A DNA stretch of 40,143 nt from a virus (lineage: Duplodnaviria; Caudoviricetes). The stretch covers positions 1 to 40,143 of IMG/VR virus record IMGVR_UViG_3300007778_000001; one strand, given 5' to 3'. The notes beneath the pieces are model-generated. The model had not been told where the DNA came from. It did no database searches and saw only the letters and a program-made list of their open reading frames with translations. Position numbers and translations under genes: made by a program. Shown here piece after piece: positions 18,021 to 25,782 of this stretch (its first letter is position 1; each line of letters opens with the position of its first letter).

Positions 18021-18505
18021 TCCCGAACCGACCCTCCTTGGTCGTACTCTTTTCGTATTTCCTTGATTTTAGCCCTTTCAAGCTCCTCATTCCATACCGA
18101 TGGATCTTGACCTTCTCGGATATATAAAGATCCGGCTAAGGCAAAAAGAATGTCTGTATGTATCAATTCTTCGGACCGCGCTTTCATCTCAGTTACTAAA
18201 AACCCAATCTTAGCCAGATTCTTAACGCTTGAACCCGAAATAGCACTATCTAAAGCCTTCTCCATTTTTGAAAGCCAATCGTTTAACTCATACGTGCTGA
18301 CCTTTGCATCCCATTCTTTGAGTAAAATGTCTATCTGCGCCTTGCGCTCTAAAGGAATGTCAAGGTCATCACGGTAGCGGTAATACCTTTTGCCATTACA
18401 GACAAAGGCAACTTTCATTTTTCCGAACTCATCCCCAGGAGGTTGGTTATCGTAAACCACCGTATTCATTTGCTCTGGGAATAGCTTGTAAAGTAGTTTG
18501 AACAT
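17867..18505 (-). CDS. Tail assembly chaperone (putative)
   Basis: Position upstream of tape measure, with a DFF slippery site. Confidence 0.55.
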   Translation of the reverse strand: MFKLLYKLFPEQMNTVVYDNQPPGDEFGKMKVAFVCNGKRYYRYRDDLDIPLERKAQIDILLKEWDAKVSTYELNDWLSKMEKALDSAISGSSVKNLAKIGFLVTEMKARSEELIHTDILFALAGSLYIREGQDPSVWNEELERAKIKEIRKEYDQGGSVRDFFDKAGWNEFLPFTSKSQISMRRLLDHYREKEKQKAQVINRIFGDTQLAE

Positions 18506-18641
18506 TAGTCTTTTGATTTAGAGATCCAATATACAAAAACGCCAAGCGTTAACCCGGCGTTCTTGTGGCGAAAAAAATGGCGTTAGCCTTTCTGGTTTTA
18601 ATGTACTGCTCAAACTAAGCCGGAGCAGCTTCGGCATTTAC

Positions 18642-19115
18642 TTAATACTTCTTGTCAATAGTCGCTTCAATTTCATACATAACCTCTCGATCAGCAGGGC
18701 AAGTGCCACCGTTCCAAAAAGTAGCGGGAAGCGTATAGGTAGGTTTAATAAGTGCGCCATTATTAAGCAGCCTAAATTTTAACCCATCACTAGGTTTGTT
18801 TTCACCCATTACACCGCCAATTCTGCGGTAGCGTGTAAACTCGGACATTCCTACTCCCGTTTTCCATCGCCACGCTAAAATGTATTCGCTGTTGGTGTCA
18901 GTATTCACTCCGCTTTTAGTGCCTATAATCTTATACCAGTCGTTTTGATCTTGAGGGGTGCAACTGAAATACTTCATTGAAATAGGTTTAATCTTAACCC
19001 GAATATATCGCTTTCGTAATTGCGCCCACCAGATGAGCGTACCGAATTTAGAAGTTAGCCATAGATTATTTACTGGCGTTTTTTTGTTTGCTTTGAATTT
19101 AATCGTTGCTTTCAT
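18642..19115 (-). CDS. Hypothetical protein
   Basis: 157-aa ORF. Confidence 0.65.
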   Translation of the reverse strand: MKATIKFKANKKTPVNNLWLTSKFGTLIWWAQLRKRYIRVKIKPISMKYFSCTPQDQNDWYKIIGTKSGVNTDTNSEYILAWRWKTGVGMSEFTRYRRIGGVMGENKPSDGLKFRLLNNGALIKPTYTLPATFWNGGTCPADREVMYEIEATIDKKY

Positions 19116-19211
19116 ATTTCTTAATAGTTACTTTCAGTTGTTAAGGAATACTTAATAAATTGATTTTGATATGTTCTACGTTTCATTTCTCTTTTTTATT
19201 TGAATCGTAGG

Positions 19212-19598
19212 CTACCATCTGCCGTTTTTAGAGTAATCTTTTGTCCATAAAAACTCGCCTGTTTTTGCCCAATGATTCCAATTTTTTCTCAATTCATCAG
19301 AATCATAATCAAGTACACTTTGACCGTTATGTGAATGTTTTGCAACGCTCATAATGCTTTCGGCTTCAACCGAAAAGTGTCTATATCTATTCTCTCCACA
19401 TCCACAAGCAGTACTTCTTCCGTTGTTAAACACCCATATTTTAGGTATTAACCCGCAGTTTGGGCAAAGCTCCCACGCTTGAGCGTTTTCTACTGGCTTA
19501 TACGCATCTATGCAATTATACCTCCAATCATCTTCTCCTCTGTAATACCTATGAATTTGTTTCATGTACTCGCTTCGAGATTTTTTTCGATTTTTCAT
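19212..19598 (-). CDS. Hypothetical Zn-ribbon protein (CPNCG...CGC...WN, Lar-like)
   Basis: Cys motifs, preceded by the shared leader repeat. Confidence 0.65.
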   Translation of the reverse strand: MKNRKKSRSEYMKQIHRYYRGEDDWRYNCIDAYKPVENAQAWELCPNCGLIPKIWVFNNGRSTACGCGENRYRHFSVEAESIMSVAKHSHNGQSVLDYDSDELRKNWNHWAKTGEFLWTKDYSKNGRW

Positions 19599-19632
19599 AT
19601 TCTTTGTTTAGGGTTATTTGGCGCATACGTCC

Positions 19633-19663
19633 GTTAGCGGTTTTGGGATGGTTGGCCGATGTT
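19633..19663 (+). repeat. 28-bp attI-like repeat, copy 1
   Basis: GTTAGCGGTTTTGGGATGGTTGGCCGAT-GTT. Confidence 0.85.
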
Positions 19664-19671
19664 GTAGTGCA

Positions 19672-19863
19672 TTATATGTACGGCATATAGCTACTTTGTG
19701 CTTTGGATTTTTCTTGTTCTAAATCAGAATGAAGGGATAGTATTTCTTTCTCTCTTTCCATTACTCTTTTAGCGTACATTTCTAGGCTAAATTCTTTCCA
19801 GTCACCATCAGGTGTATGCTTGTAATATAATCTTCCCTCAATCCATTGTTCTACGTAATACAT
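19672..19863 (-). CDS. Cassette hypothetical protein (63 aa)
   Basis: Flanked by GTTGTAGTGC / GCACCACAAC. Confidence 0.7.
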   Translation of the reverse strand: MYYVEQWIEGRLYYKHTPDGDWKEFSLEMYAKRVMEREKEILSLHSDLEQEKSKAQSSYMPYI

Positions 19864-19880
19864 AAGTTCTTTAAATTAAC

Positions 19881-19976
19881 GCACCACAACATCAGCTAAG
19901 AAACATAGCCAATTAAGTTAGTGCAATTACGAAACGTGATTATTGGCTAGGTTTCTTAGCCAAATCGTTGGCGGTC
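19881..19976 (+). repeat. attC-like palindrome
   Basis: CACAAC-ATCA-GCTAAGAAACATAGCCAAT...ATTGGCTAGGTTTCTTAGC-CAAATC-GTTGGCG. Confidence 0.8.
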
Positions 19977-19979
19977 ATA

Positions 19980-20429
19980 CTACGACACTGCCAAATCATT
20001 AGCTTTTCGGTCTTTAGAAACATACTCTTGAAAGACTTTTTCAGCAGCTTTTTCTACCTCACTCATTAAATCTTCAAGCGTCTCTGCATACACATATTCA
20101 ATCCTGCAAATTCCACCGTGAACAGACCAACTTACGGGCTTATCTTCTTTATATCTGAAATTATCGCATTCAGGTAGGTGTATTTCAGCCATCAATCCAA
20201 ATTTCCTAAAGTCAACTAAAGCCTGTAAAGCTTCGTTGTCGTCAAGGTATTCTTGGAAGTACTCCGATTTATGGATTTCAGGAAAAAGCTTCTGCCAGTC
20301 CTCATCTTCCATATCTTCAATCAAGTCTTTAAAATCGCTGTTTTCCATTGAACCAGCAATCCAAAAAAGTCTTTCAATTTTAGCTCCGTGAGCTTGGTCG
20401 AATCTTTCAACCGCTTCAAAATTTGTCAT
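19980..20429 (-). CDS. Cassette hypothetical acidic protein (149 aa)
   Basis: Flanked by GTTGGCGGTC / GACAGCTAAC. Confidence 0.75.
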   Translation of the reverse strand: MTNFEAVERFDQAHGAKIERLFWIAGSMENSDFKDLIEDMEDEDWQKLFPEIHKSEYFQEYLDDNEALQALVDFRKFGLMAEIHLPECDNFRYKEDKPVSWSVHGGICRIEYVYAETLEDLMSEVEKAAEKVFQEYVSKDRKANDLAVS

Positions 20430-20477
20430 TTGTTTATTGTATTTAAGTTTAAAATTTCGTTTTCAATTTCCGCACCA

Positions 20478-20575
20478 GACAGCTAACAAAGGCTAAAAAG
20501 CATAGCCAATCAGCGTTGGTGCATTTATGAAGCTTGATTTCGTGGCTACGCTTCTTAGCCAAATCGTTATATGCA
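20478..20575 (+). repeat. attC-like palindrome
   Basis: CTAAC-AAA-GGCTAAAAAGCATAGCCA...TGGCTACGCTTCTTAGCC-AAATC-GTTATAT. Confidence 0.8.
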
Positions 20576-20582
20576 ATTTCGC

Positions 20583-20705
20583 CTATTCAAATCGTTCGCA
20601 CCAACAAGCAAGTGAGCAACAAGGAGAGTATGCCTTTACTTCGGGCTTTCCGCATTGGCACAAATGTTCGCTTTGCTCTACAACTAATTCCTTCTTTTTA
20701 CTCAT
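20583..20705 (-). CDS. 40-aa Cys-rich protein MSKKKELVVEQSEHLCQCGKPEVKAYSPCCSLACWCERFE (not in ORF track)
   Basis: Translated by hand. Same leader as the gene starting at 21675. Confidence 0.6.
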   Translation of the reverse strand: MSKKKELVVEQSEHLCQCGKPEVKAYSPCCSLACWCERFE

Positions 20706-20776
20706 TGTCTTGTTTTTTAGGGTTATTCGGCACATACGCCTGCTTTTTAGCGGTTTTGGTATGGTTAGCCGATGTT
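20706..20776 (+). repeat. ~70-bp leader plus attI-like repeat copy 2 (near-identical to 21676-21747)
   Basis: Direct sequence match. Confidence 0.85.
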
Positions 20777-20784
20777 AGACGCAA

Positions 20785-21018
20785 TTAAAGAGCCTCACGC
20801 AAGAATAATTGTAGTATCTGTTTTTCAGTTAAATCTTCGCCCTTTAATGTAAAAATTCCTTCTTCTCTACTACCGCTTTGGCTTTGATGGGGTGCAAGGT
20901 AATCTATATCGTATTCCTTTGAAGGGTCAACGAATTTTACTAAATAACTGCGCCTAACACTACCTAAAGGTAATTGCAGGTCATCATAAATTGAAAGTGT
21001 TTTGGTATTATCAACCAT
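20785..21018 (-). CDS. Cassette protein starting inside its attC-like site (likely start 21018)
   Basis: MVDNTK...PLGSVRRS reads through the arm and GTT box. Confidence 0.6.
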   Translation of the reverse strand: MVDNTKTLSIYDDLQLPLGSVRRSYLVKFVDPSKEYDIDYLAPHQSQSGSREEGIFTLKGEDLTEKQILQLFLREAL

Positions 21019-21103
21019 TGTTTTAAATTTTAAAGTTGGTGGTTTCAAAGGCAACTACCTTTAGCCTTGACTGTTAGCGGTTTTGGGATGGTTAGCCGAT
21101 GTT
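20949..21103 (+). repeat. attC-like palindrome (20949-21079) plus attI-like repeat copy 3 (21073-21103)
   Basis: CCTAAC-ACTAC-CTAAAGGTAATTGC...GCAACTACCTTTAG-CCTTGACT-GTTAGCG. Confidence 0.75.
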
Positions 21104-21111
21104 GTAGGCAA

Positions 21112-21675
21112 TTAAAATGCTCTGTCTCTACAACTTTCACAAAGCCCCCTAAACATTTCAATTTCTTCTTTATCATAATCAAGTTTGCAGTTAGGGCATT
21201 TTAAGTGCTTGCCTTTGACCTCGGAGGTTTCGTTCCAATCTTCCCAAGCGTCTGATGCGGACAGATAAACTGATTCTGGATGGTCGTGTTCTGCTGCCCA
21301 GTATTCGGCAAACTCAATAGCCCTCTCCTTACATCGCTCTTCGTGGCGCTCGTTTACAAATTTTCTTATATCCGAAATCATATCGGTTACAATCTCAACT
21401 GACATTAAATCCTCGTCACTCACTAGCTCCGTACCCTCCGATTCGGCCATAGCTTCAAAATTGTCATCAATGACCGCTGCCATGTCAGGAAATCCTTTAT
21501 ACAAATGCTTCGTATTTACTTCACTCAACGGTGTTTCGGATAGCTTGGCTTGCATGGCCTCGTTAATGGCTTGATGAAATCGAACCTCATCCATATCTCG
21601 ACAACCATTTGAAGTAATTGCGTTGAACAAAACATCCGTTTCTTTTTGTGTCATAAAATCTTTCTCTTTTCTCAT
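21112..21675 (-). CDS. Hypothetical protein with C-terminal CxxC...CxxC (likely start 21675)
   Basis: ATG follows the shared leader. Confidence 0.7.
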   Translation of the reverse strand: MRKEKDFMTQKETDVLFNAITSNGCRDMDEVRFHQAINEAMQAKLSETPLSEVNTKHLYKGFPDMAAVIDDNFEAMAESEGTELVSDEDLMSVEIVTDMISDIRKFVNERHEERCKERAIEFAEYWAAEHDHPESVYLSASDAWEDWNETSEVKGKHLKCPNCKLDYDKEEIEMFRGLCESCRDRAF

Positions 21676-21747
21676 CGTCTTGTTTTTTAGGGTTATTCGG
21701 CACATACGCCTTCTTTTTAGCGGTTTTTGGGATGGTTAGCCGATGTT
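21676..21747 (+). repeat. ~70-bp leader plus attI-like repeat copy 4
   Basis: Matches 20706-20776. Confidence 0.85.
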
Positions 21748-21756
21748 GTGGTGCAT

Positions 21757-22032
21757 TTAATCGAACTCCGTAGAAGCAATGATACAGAAGTCATCATCGA
21801 CAGCTAATTTCCATATAGGGAGTTCTTCGGGCATATCATCAGGTTCATCTTCGTCAAATTCGGTATTTCTAACCATTATTGTTTTTGCGTCTTCCTCTGA
21901 AATTTCTAGAAGGCTTTCAATTTCTTGCAATGGTAAATCAAAATCAGCATCGTAAGATTTCAATAGGTGTAATTCGTCTTTGGCAGTACACCAATCTATT
22001 CTTCCATCTTCAAATGTTAGTTTGTAAATCAT
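21757..22032 (-). CDS. Cassette acidic hypothetical protein (likely start 22032)
   Basis: Flanked by perfect GTTGTGGTGC / GCACCACAAC. Confidence 0.7.
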   Translation of the reverse strand: MIYKLTFEDGRIDWCTAKDELHLLKSYDADFDLPLQEIESLLEISEEDAKTIMVRNTEFDEDEPDDMPEELPIWKLAVDDDFCIIASTEFD

Positions 22033-22043
22033 AATAAAATAAC

Positions 22044-22190
22044 GCACCACAACACAGTATAAAATCAAGCGGGGTTGCAGTGTATTTTTGACCGCTTCGG
22101 CTGTTTAAGTTAATTTGTATCTATCGGAGAACTGTTTGCCGTTCATTCCCCGCCAGCTTTTTCGCTGTTTTGGGATGGTTAGCCGATGTT
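22044..22190 (+). repeat. Partly degenerate attC-like site fused to attI-like repeat copy 5
   Basis: CACAAC-ACAG-TATAAAATCAAGCGGGG...CCCCGC...GTTTTGGGATGGTTAGCCGATGTT. Confidence 0.7.
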
Positions 22191-22198
22191 GTAGTGCA

Positions 22199-22396
22199 TT
22201 AATGAGTCCCTATATACAATATGCTTACTCCATCTTGCCCAAAAAATAATAAATGTCTGTTTCCTATTTGTAGCAATCCTATTCCCCAGAATAATCTATC
22301 TGTTGTTTTTCTGCGAAAGCAATTAAACCATTTAAAATTTTTACCAAATACCTTTCCTTGAAAGTTTGGATTTAAGTTGAACCAGTTAATATCCAT
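22199..22396 (-). CDS. Cassette hypothetical protein (likely start 22396, MDINW)
   Basis: Flanked by GTTGTAGTGC / GCACCACAAA. Confidence 0.6.
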   Translation of the reverse strand: MDINWFNLNPNFQGKVFGKNFKWFNCFRRKTTDRLFWGIGLLQIGNRHLLFFGQDGVSILYIGTH

Positions 22397-22430
22397 TTTG
22401 TTAAATTTTAACGCACCACAAATAAAAACA

Positions 22431-22655
22431 CTACACTTTTTGCACAGGAGATAAACATCTGCCATCTTCATCAGCGAGTTTGTATTGTGTATTCATTAAA
22501 AATTGATGCAAGTCATTTATAGTTTTAAATTCTTTCAATTCTTCAAAATTCCAAAACTCGCTTACCGTCCCAGAGCCATCACCGTAAAATGTTACAGCAA
22601 TGCTTAAGTTGTTCCGCTTTTCAAAATTTTTTATCAGTTCTAAGGTCTTTTCCAT
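22431..22655 (-). CDS. Hypothetical protein
   Basis: 74-aa ORF. Confidence 0.65.
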   Translation of the reverse strand: MEKTLELIKNFEKRNNLSIAVTFYGDGSGTVSEFWNFEELKEFKTINDLHQFLMNTQYKLADEDGRCLSPVQKV

Positions 22656-22679
22656 TTTATGCGATGTTGTATGGCATAG

Positions 22680-23120
22680 CTACCCAAAATCTAAGGTAGT
22701 TTGCCTTTTTCTTTTACTTCGGTTTTCTTTTCTGTATTCTTTGTCGTAGTCATTGTGGCATTTTTGGCACATTGCTTTTAGATTGAAAAAGCTATTATTC
22801 TTTACATCATGATCCAAGTGCGCAACAGTCAGCACAATCACAATATATTTTCTGCCTTCAGTATCCCATTCGTTTTCAAAATCGGCAATCTCTTTTGCTT
22901 CTGAGTAAGTAAGCGGCTGTAATGAAGGATAGCTTTTGCCTTCTCCTATCATATCAGAATAGATGTTGCCTGCAATAGGGTTAAACATTCCATTCTCACG
23001 ATATCCAACAGCGTAATTATGTACTCCACAAACTTCACAGCGATTTTTAGCACGGTAAAACCTTATAAAGCGGCTTATAGCTTTCCAATTCTTAGCATAT
23101 TTATTGTAATCTATTGGCAT
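22680..23120 (-). CDS. HNH-like Zn-binding protein on a cassette
   Basis: CEVCG...LTVAHLDH...NLKAMCQKCH. Confidence 0.8.
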   Translation of the reverse strand: MPIDYNKYAKNWKAISRFIRFYRAKNRCEVCGVHNYAVGYRENGMFNPIAGNIYSDMIGEGKSYPSLQPLTYSEAKEIADFENEWDTEGRKYIVIVLTVAHLDHDVKNNSFFNLKAMCQKCHNDYDKEYRKENRSKRKRQTTLDFG

Positions 23121-23142
23121 AATTTATATTTAATCAATAGAA

Positions 23143-23228
23143 CTATACAACAACACCTAAAAAGCATACCTTCCAGGATACGCATTTTAGCCAAACCGTT
23201 AGCGGTTTTGCGATGGTTAGCCGATGTT
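23143..23228 (+). repeat. Short attC-like palindrome (23143-23204) plus attI-like repeat copy 6 (23198-23228)
   Basis: TACAAC-AACAC-CTAAAAAGCATACC-TTCCAG-GATACGCATTTTAG-CCAAACC-GTTAGCG. Confidence 0.8.
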
Positions 23229-23279
23229 ATGTGCAAGCGCAAGCCAATTGGCTCACGCCTACACACCAACAAAATCATC

Positions 23280-23537
23280 CTATGAAACTTCCTGAGCAGT
23301 ATCAGTTATTTCGGGTTCATAAACCTCCATCGCATCAATTAACTTTTGCGCCACAACAGCACTTAGTTGAACTTTACAATGTGGGTTTTCCCAATTCTCA
23401 CCATCTGCAAGAGTGATTGCTCCTGCATAGTCAGGTGATTTCCCTTGTGCCATTACTCCAAGGCACTTCTCATCAATTCGCAGTTCTGAAAGTAAATCCT
23501 TTACTGCATTGTCTAACTGTCTGTATTTATCCGACAT
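23280..23537 (-). CDS. Cassette hypothetical protein
   Basis: 85 aa, flanked by GTTATGTGC / GCACCTAAT. Confidence 0.65.
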   Translation of the reverse strand: MSDKYRQLDNAVKDLLSELRIDEKCLGVMAQGKSPDYAGAITLADGENWENPHCKVQLSAVVAQKLIDAMEVYEPEITDTAQEVS

Positions 23538-23640
23538 AATTTAAAGTATTTGTGCCAGCACCTAATAATGTATAACAGAAAGCGGGTGCGGCTTATCACT
23601 TAACTGTCTATTTTTATGGTTAGCCTTATCTACATTTTTA

Positions 23641-24111
23641 TTAATATAAATCTCTGTCGTGTACGCCGTTTATAGCATCAATTCTTGCCTGTCCTAAATC
23701 TCTATTCAAAAGATGACTTGTTTTTGTTTCCCGAAGGAAGCTATACGTCTGGTCTACTAACCAATTTATTAAGTATGCCGCTGGTTCGTCGTTATCTAAA
23801 TCGTAGTTAATGTTGCGGTTGGCAAAAATATAATTAACCAAATGCAAACATTCATGAGCAACACAGCCGTCAGTTATCGAGCTTGTATTGTTCCAAGGAT
23901 TTAAGACGATTGCGAACGATTCAATGTCTTCATAAGATCCATGTAAAGTACAAGCATAAGGTTCGTCTGATTCATTTGGAAAAAACGGAAAATGCTTTTT
24001 TACTTGACTTGTCTGATTCGTTAAAAGTATAATAAATCTACCTCTGTAAATGGGCATGTCCATGACTTTTATCTCAAAATTTTGCGACCTTAATTTTTTC
24101 TTTTCACTCAT
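23641..24111 (-). CDS. HExxH-motif protein (zincin-like)
   Basis: VAHECLH...DEPAAYL. Confidence 0.65.
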   Translation of the reverse strand: MSEKKKLRSQNFEIKVMDMPIYRGRFIILLTNQTSQVKKHFPFFPNESDEPYACTLHGSYEDIESFAIVLNPWNNTSSITDGCVAHECLHLVNYIFANRNINYDLDNDEPAAYLINWLVDQTYSFLRETKTSHLLNRDLGQARIDAINGVHDRDLY

Positions 24112-24274
24112 TGTCTTGTTGGTTTAATAAATACTCAATGTCAGTCTTATATATCCGTTCACTACTCCAAGTAATGTATTTCTTAAACAAGTCATTGAAG
24201 TCTATGGTTTCTTCGGTTTCGTCTAGTCCAGTTTGGAGGTATATCTTATTCGGTACGTTTATTAACTTACTCAT
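24104..24274 (-). CDS. 56-aa hypothetical protein MSKLINVPNKIYLQTG...DIEYLLNQQDNE (not in ORF track)
   Basis: Translated by hand. Fills the gap and has an AACAGACG-ATG leader. Confidence 0.7.
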   Translation of the reverse strand: MSKLINVPNKIYLQTGLDETEETIDFNDLFKKYITWSSERIYKTDIEYLLNQQDNE

Positions 24275-24328
24275 CGTCTGTTAGTTTAATAACACAAATA
24301 CCTATGCTTTTGCGTCTATATTGATTCG

Positions 24329-25060
24329 TTATGATTTGATTACTTTGTAAACAGTGTCTCCATCTTCGCATAAGTTTTGTCCAGTATACTTATACGAATT
24401 TCCATCGTCGTTGAAAAGCCACTCAACCTTCTCTCCTTTTAGAAGTGGACGGCTATCAGGAAAGCAACTCTCAAAGAAAAACTCCCCTGCCTTCACATCC
24501 TTATACTCACATTCAATGAGGTGGTGGGGTACGGGTTGCATTAAGGGGCTAATATCAGGCAAAGAAGCCTTGTCGTATTGGTTGTATATTTTTTCATAAC
24601 CTACTTGACTATCCTCCCAAATTAATTTGCTTCGCTCATTAAAGCCAACCCAATCGGGCAGAGGGTACGTCTTTAATGCTGATAAAGGAGAACCATCTCC
24701 ACCGTGAAAGACTTGTTCTCGCTCTTCTTCGTACAACCTCCAACCTTTATCAGGGTCGCGCTGGCTCATCTCGTAAACGAACTCTTCTTCGGTTACTTGA
24801 GTGCGCTTATTAGGCTTATTCAAATATACAGCACGAGCATAACCACTACTATAACCACTAGACATAATTCTGAAGCCTTTTTCAAAGTCGCCCGAGGAAT
24901 AATTAACTGCATCCATAAACTGCCAATAAAAAGCGTGTTTCTTTTCGTCATCAATCTCGCAATAAATTACCTTGTTTTTGTAAGGGCGGTTGGTAGATTC
25001 TTTTTCCACTAACTCTACTCCGTCCTTAAATACTTTGCCGTCTTTAATCTCTAATTTCAT
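24329..25060 (-). CDS. Hypothetical protein (likely start 25060)
   Basis: AACAGACCA-ATG leader. Confidence 0.7.
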   Translation of the reverse strand: MKLEIKDGKVFKDGVELVEKESTNRPYKNKVIYCEIDDEKKHAFYWQFMDAVNYSSGDFEKGFRIMSSGYSSGYARAVYLNKPNKRTQVTEEEFVYEMSQRDPDKGWRLYEEEREQVFHGGDGSPLSALKTYPLPDWVGFNERSKLIWEDSQVGYEKIYNQYDKASLPDISPLMQPVPHHLIECEYKDVKAGEFFFESCFPDSRPLLKGEKVEWLFNDDGNSYKYTGQNLCEDGDTVYKVIKS

Positions 25061-25095
25061 TGGTCTGTTATTTTGTTTGTTTCGTTTATCCGATT

Positions 25096-25326
25096 TTAGC
25101 AGCAATTAAAAAATACCCCAAACCAAAGCCATTCAATAGCAAATCCGTTTTTATAGGTAGCCTCATCTTCCTCTTCAATCTTATTGTAAATAATAGTAAG
25201 TCTTGGTAATACTTCAAACTGTGTTTTAAATGTATTGTAAAATTCCATATTAGTATTTTTTAAGTGGCTCGTTTCTAAATCAGCCAACTTAATTTTTTTA
25301 CCGTCTTTTGTTTTATGAAATTTCAT
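25096..25326 (-). CDS. Hypothetical protein, possibly chimeric (likely start 25326)
   Basis: ATGA coupling to the upstream small gene. Confidence 0.55.
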   Translation of the reverse strand: MKFHKTKDGKKIKLADLETSHLKNTNMEFYNTFKTQFEVLPRLTIIYNKIEEEDEATYKNGFAIEWLWFGVFFNCC

Positions 25327-25496
25327 TGGTCTGTTTTTATCTTGCCTGTGCCAATAGCAGCAATTAAGCAAGTGATTGATATTCCAGTTAACACCCAATT
25401 CGCAGGGGCTTGATCCCAATTTGCTACCGCCAAAATGCCAAAGCATAAAGCATTGATCCAAAAAATGACCTTAGTAGCTGTTTCTAAAAATTTCAT
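25323..25496 (-). CDS. 57-aa two-TM membrane protein MKFLETATKVIFWINALCFGILAVA... (not in ORF track)
   Basis: Translated by hand. TAATG and ATGA coupling on both sides. Confidence 0.65.
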   Translation of the reverse strand: MKFLETATKVIFWINALCFGILAVANWDQAPANWVLTGISITCLIAAIGTGKIKTDQ

Positions 25497-25666
25497 TACT
25501 CTACTATTTTAATTTTTTCAATCCTTACCTCTAAGTCCTCGTAGTAACCTTTCTTTGTTACAGCTCGCCATATACGATTGTAAGGTATTCCGGTGGCACG
25601 TGAAGCAGCGGAAATGGTTTTATACACCTCCGGATTCCCCGGCTTGGTTTTAATGAGCGTTTGCAT
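25496..25666 (-). CDS. NUMOD1-like HTH protein (likely start 25666)
   Basis: YKTISAASRATGIPYNRIWRAV. Confidence 0.65.
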   Translation of the reverse strand: MQTLIKTKPGNPEVYKTISAASRATGIPYNRIWRAVTKKGYYEDLEVRIEKIKIVE

Positions 25667-25702
25667 ATTAAAATATAATTGCTGGTTTATCGGTTGATGG
25701 CT

Positions 25703-25741
25703 CAAAGATATAAAAAAGCCCCGGACATAAAAAAATATGCG
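25703..25741 (-). promoter_or_regulatory. Promoter TATCTTTG driving the accessory/cassette region
   Basis: TAnnTTTG. Upstream motif shared with 35047-35062. Overlaps a terminator-like hairpin. Confidence 0.6.
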
Positions 25742-25782
25742 GGGTTATTTTTCAAAAATGAAAAACCTACGAGCGATTTTTT

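Larger units (their letters stand above)
19212..23630. mobile_element. Integron-like gene cassette array without integrase
   Basis: ~11 short ORFs, cassette-specific complementary GTT/AAC ends, attC-like palindromes, six copies of a 28-bp repeat. Confidence 0.75.

Noticed and set aside
19633-23228. 28-bp repeats as a CRISPR array
   Set aside because: Spacing is irregular (hundreds of bp), intervening DNA holds whole genes, and there is no cas operon. The PD-(D/E)XK nuclease is a common phage exonuclease.
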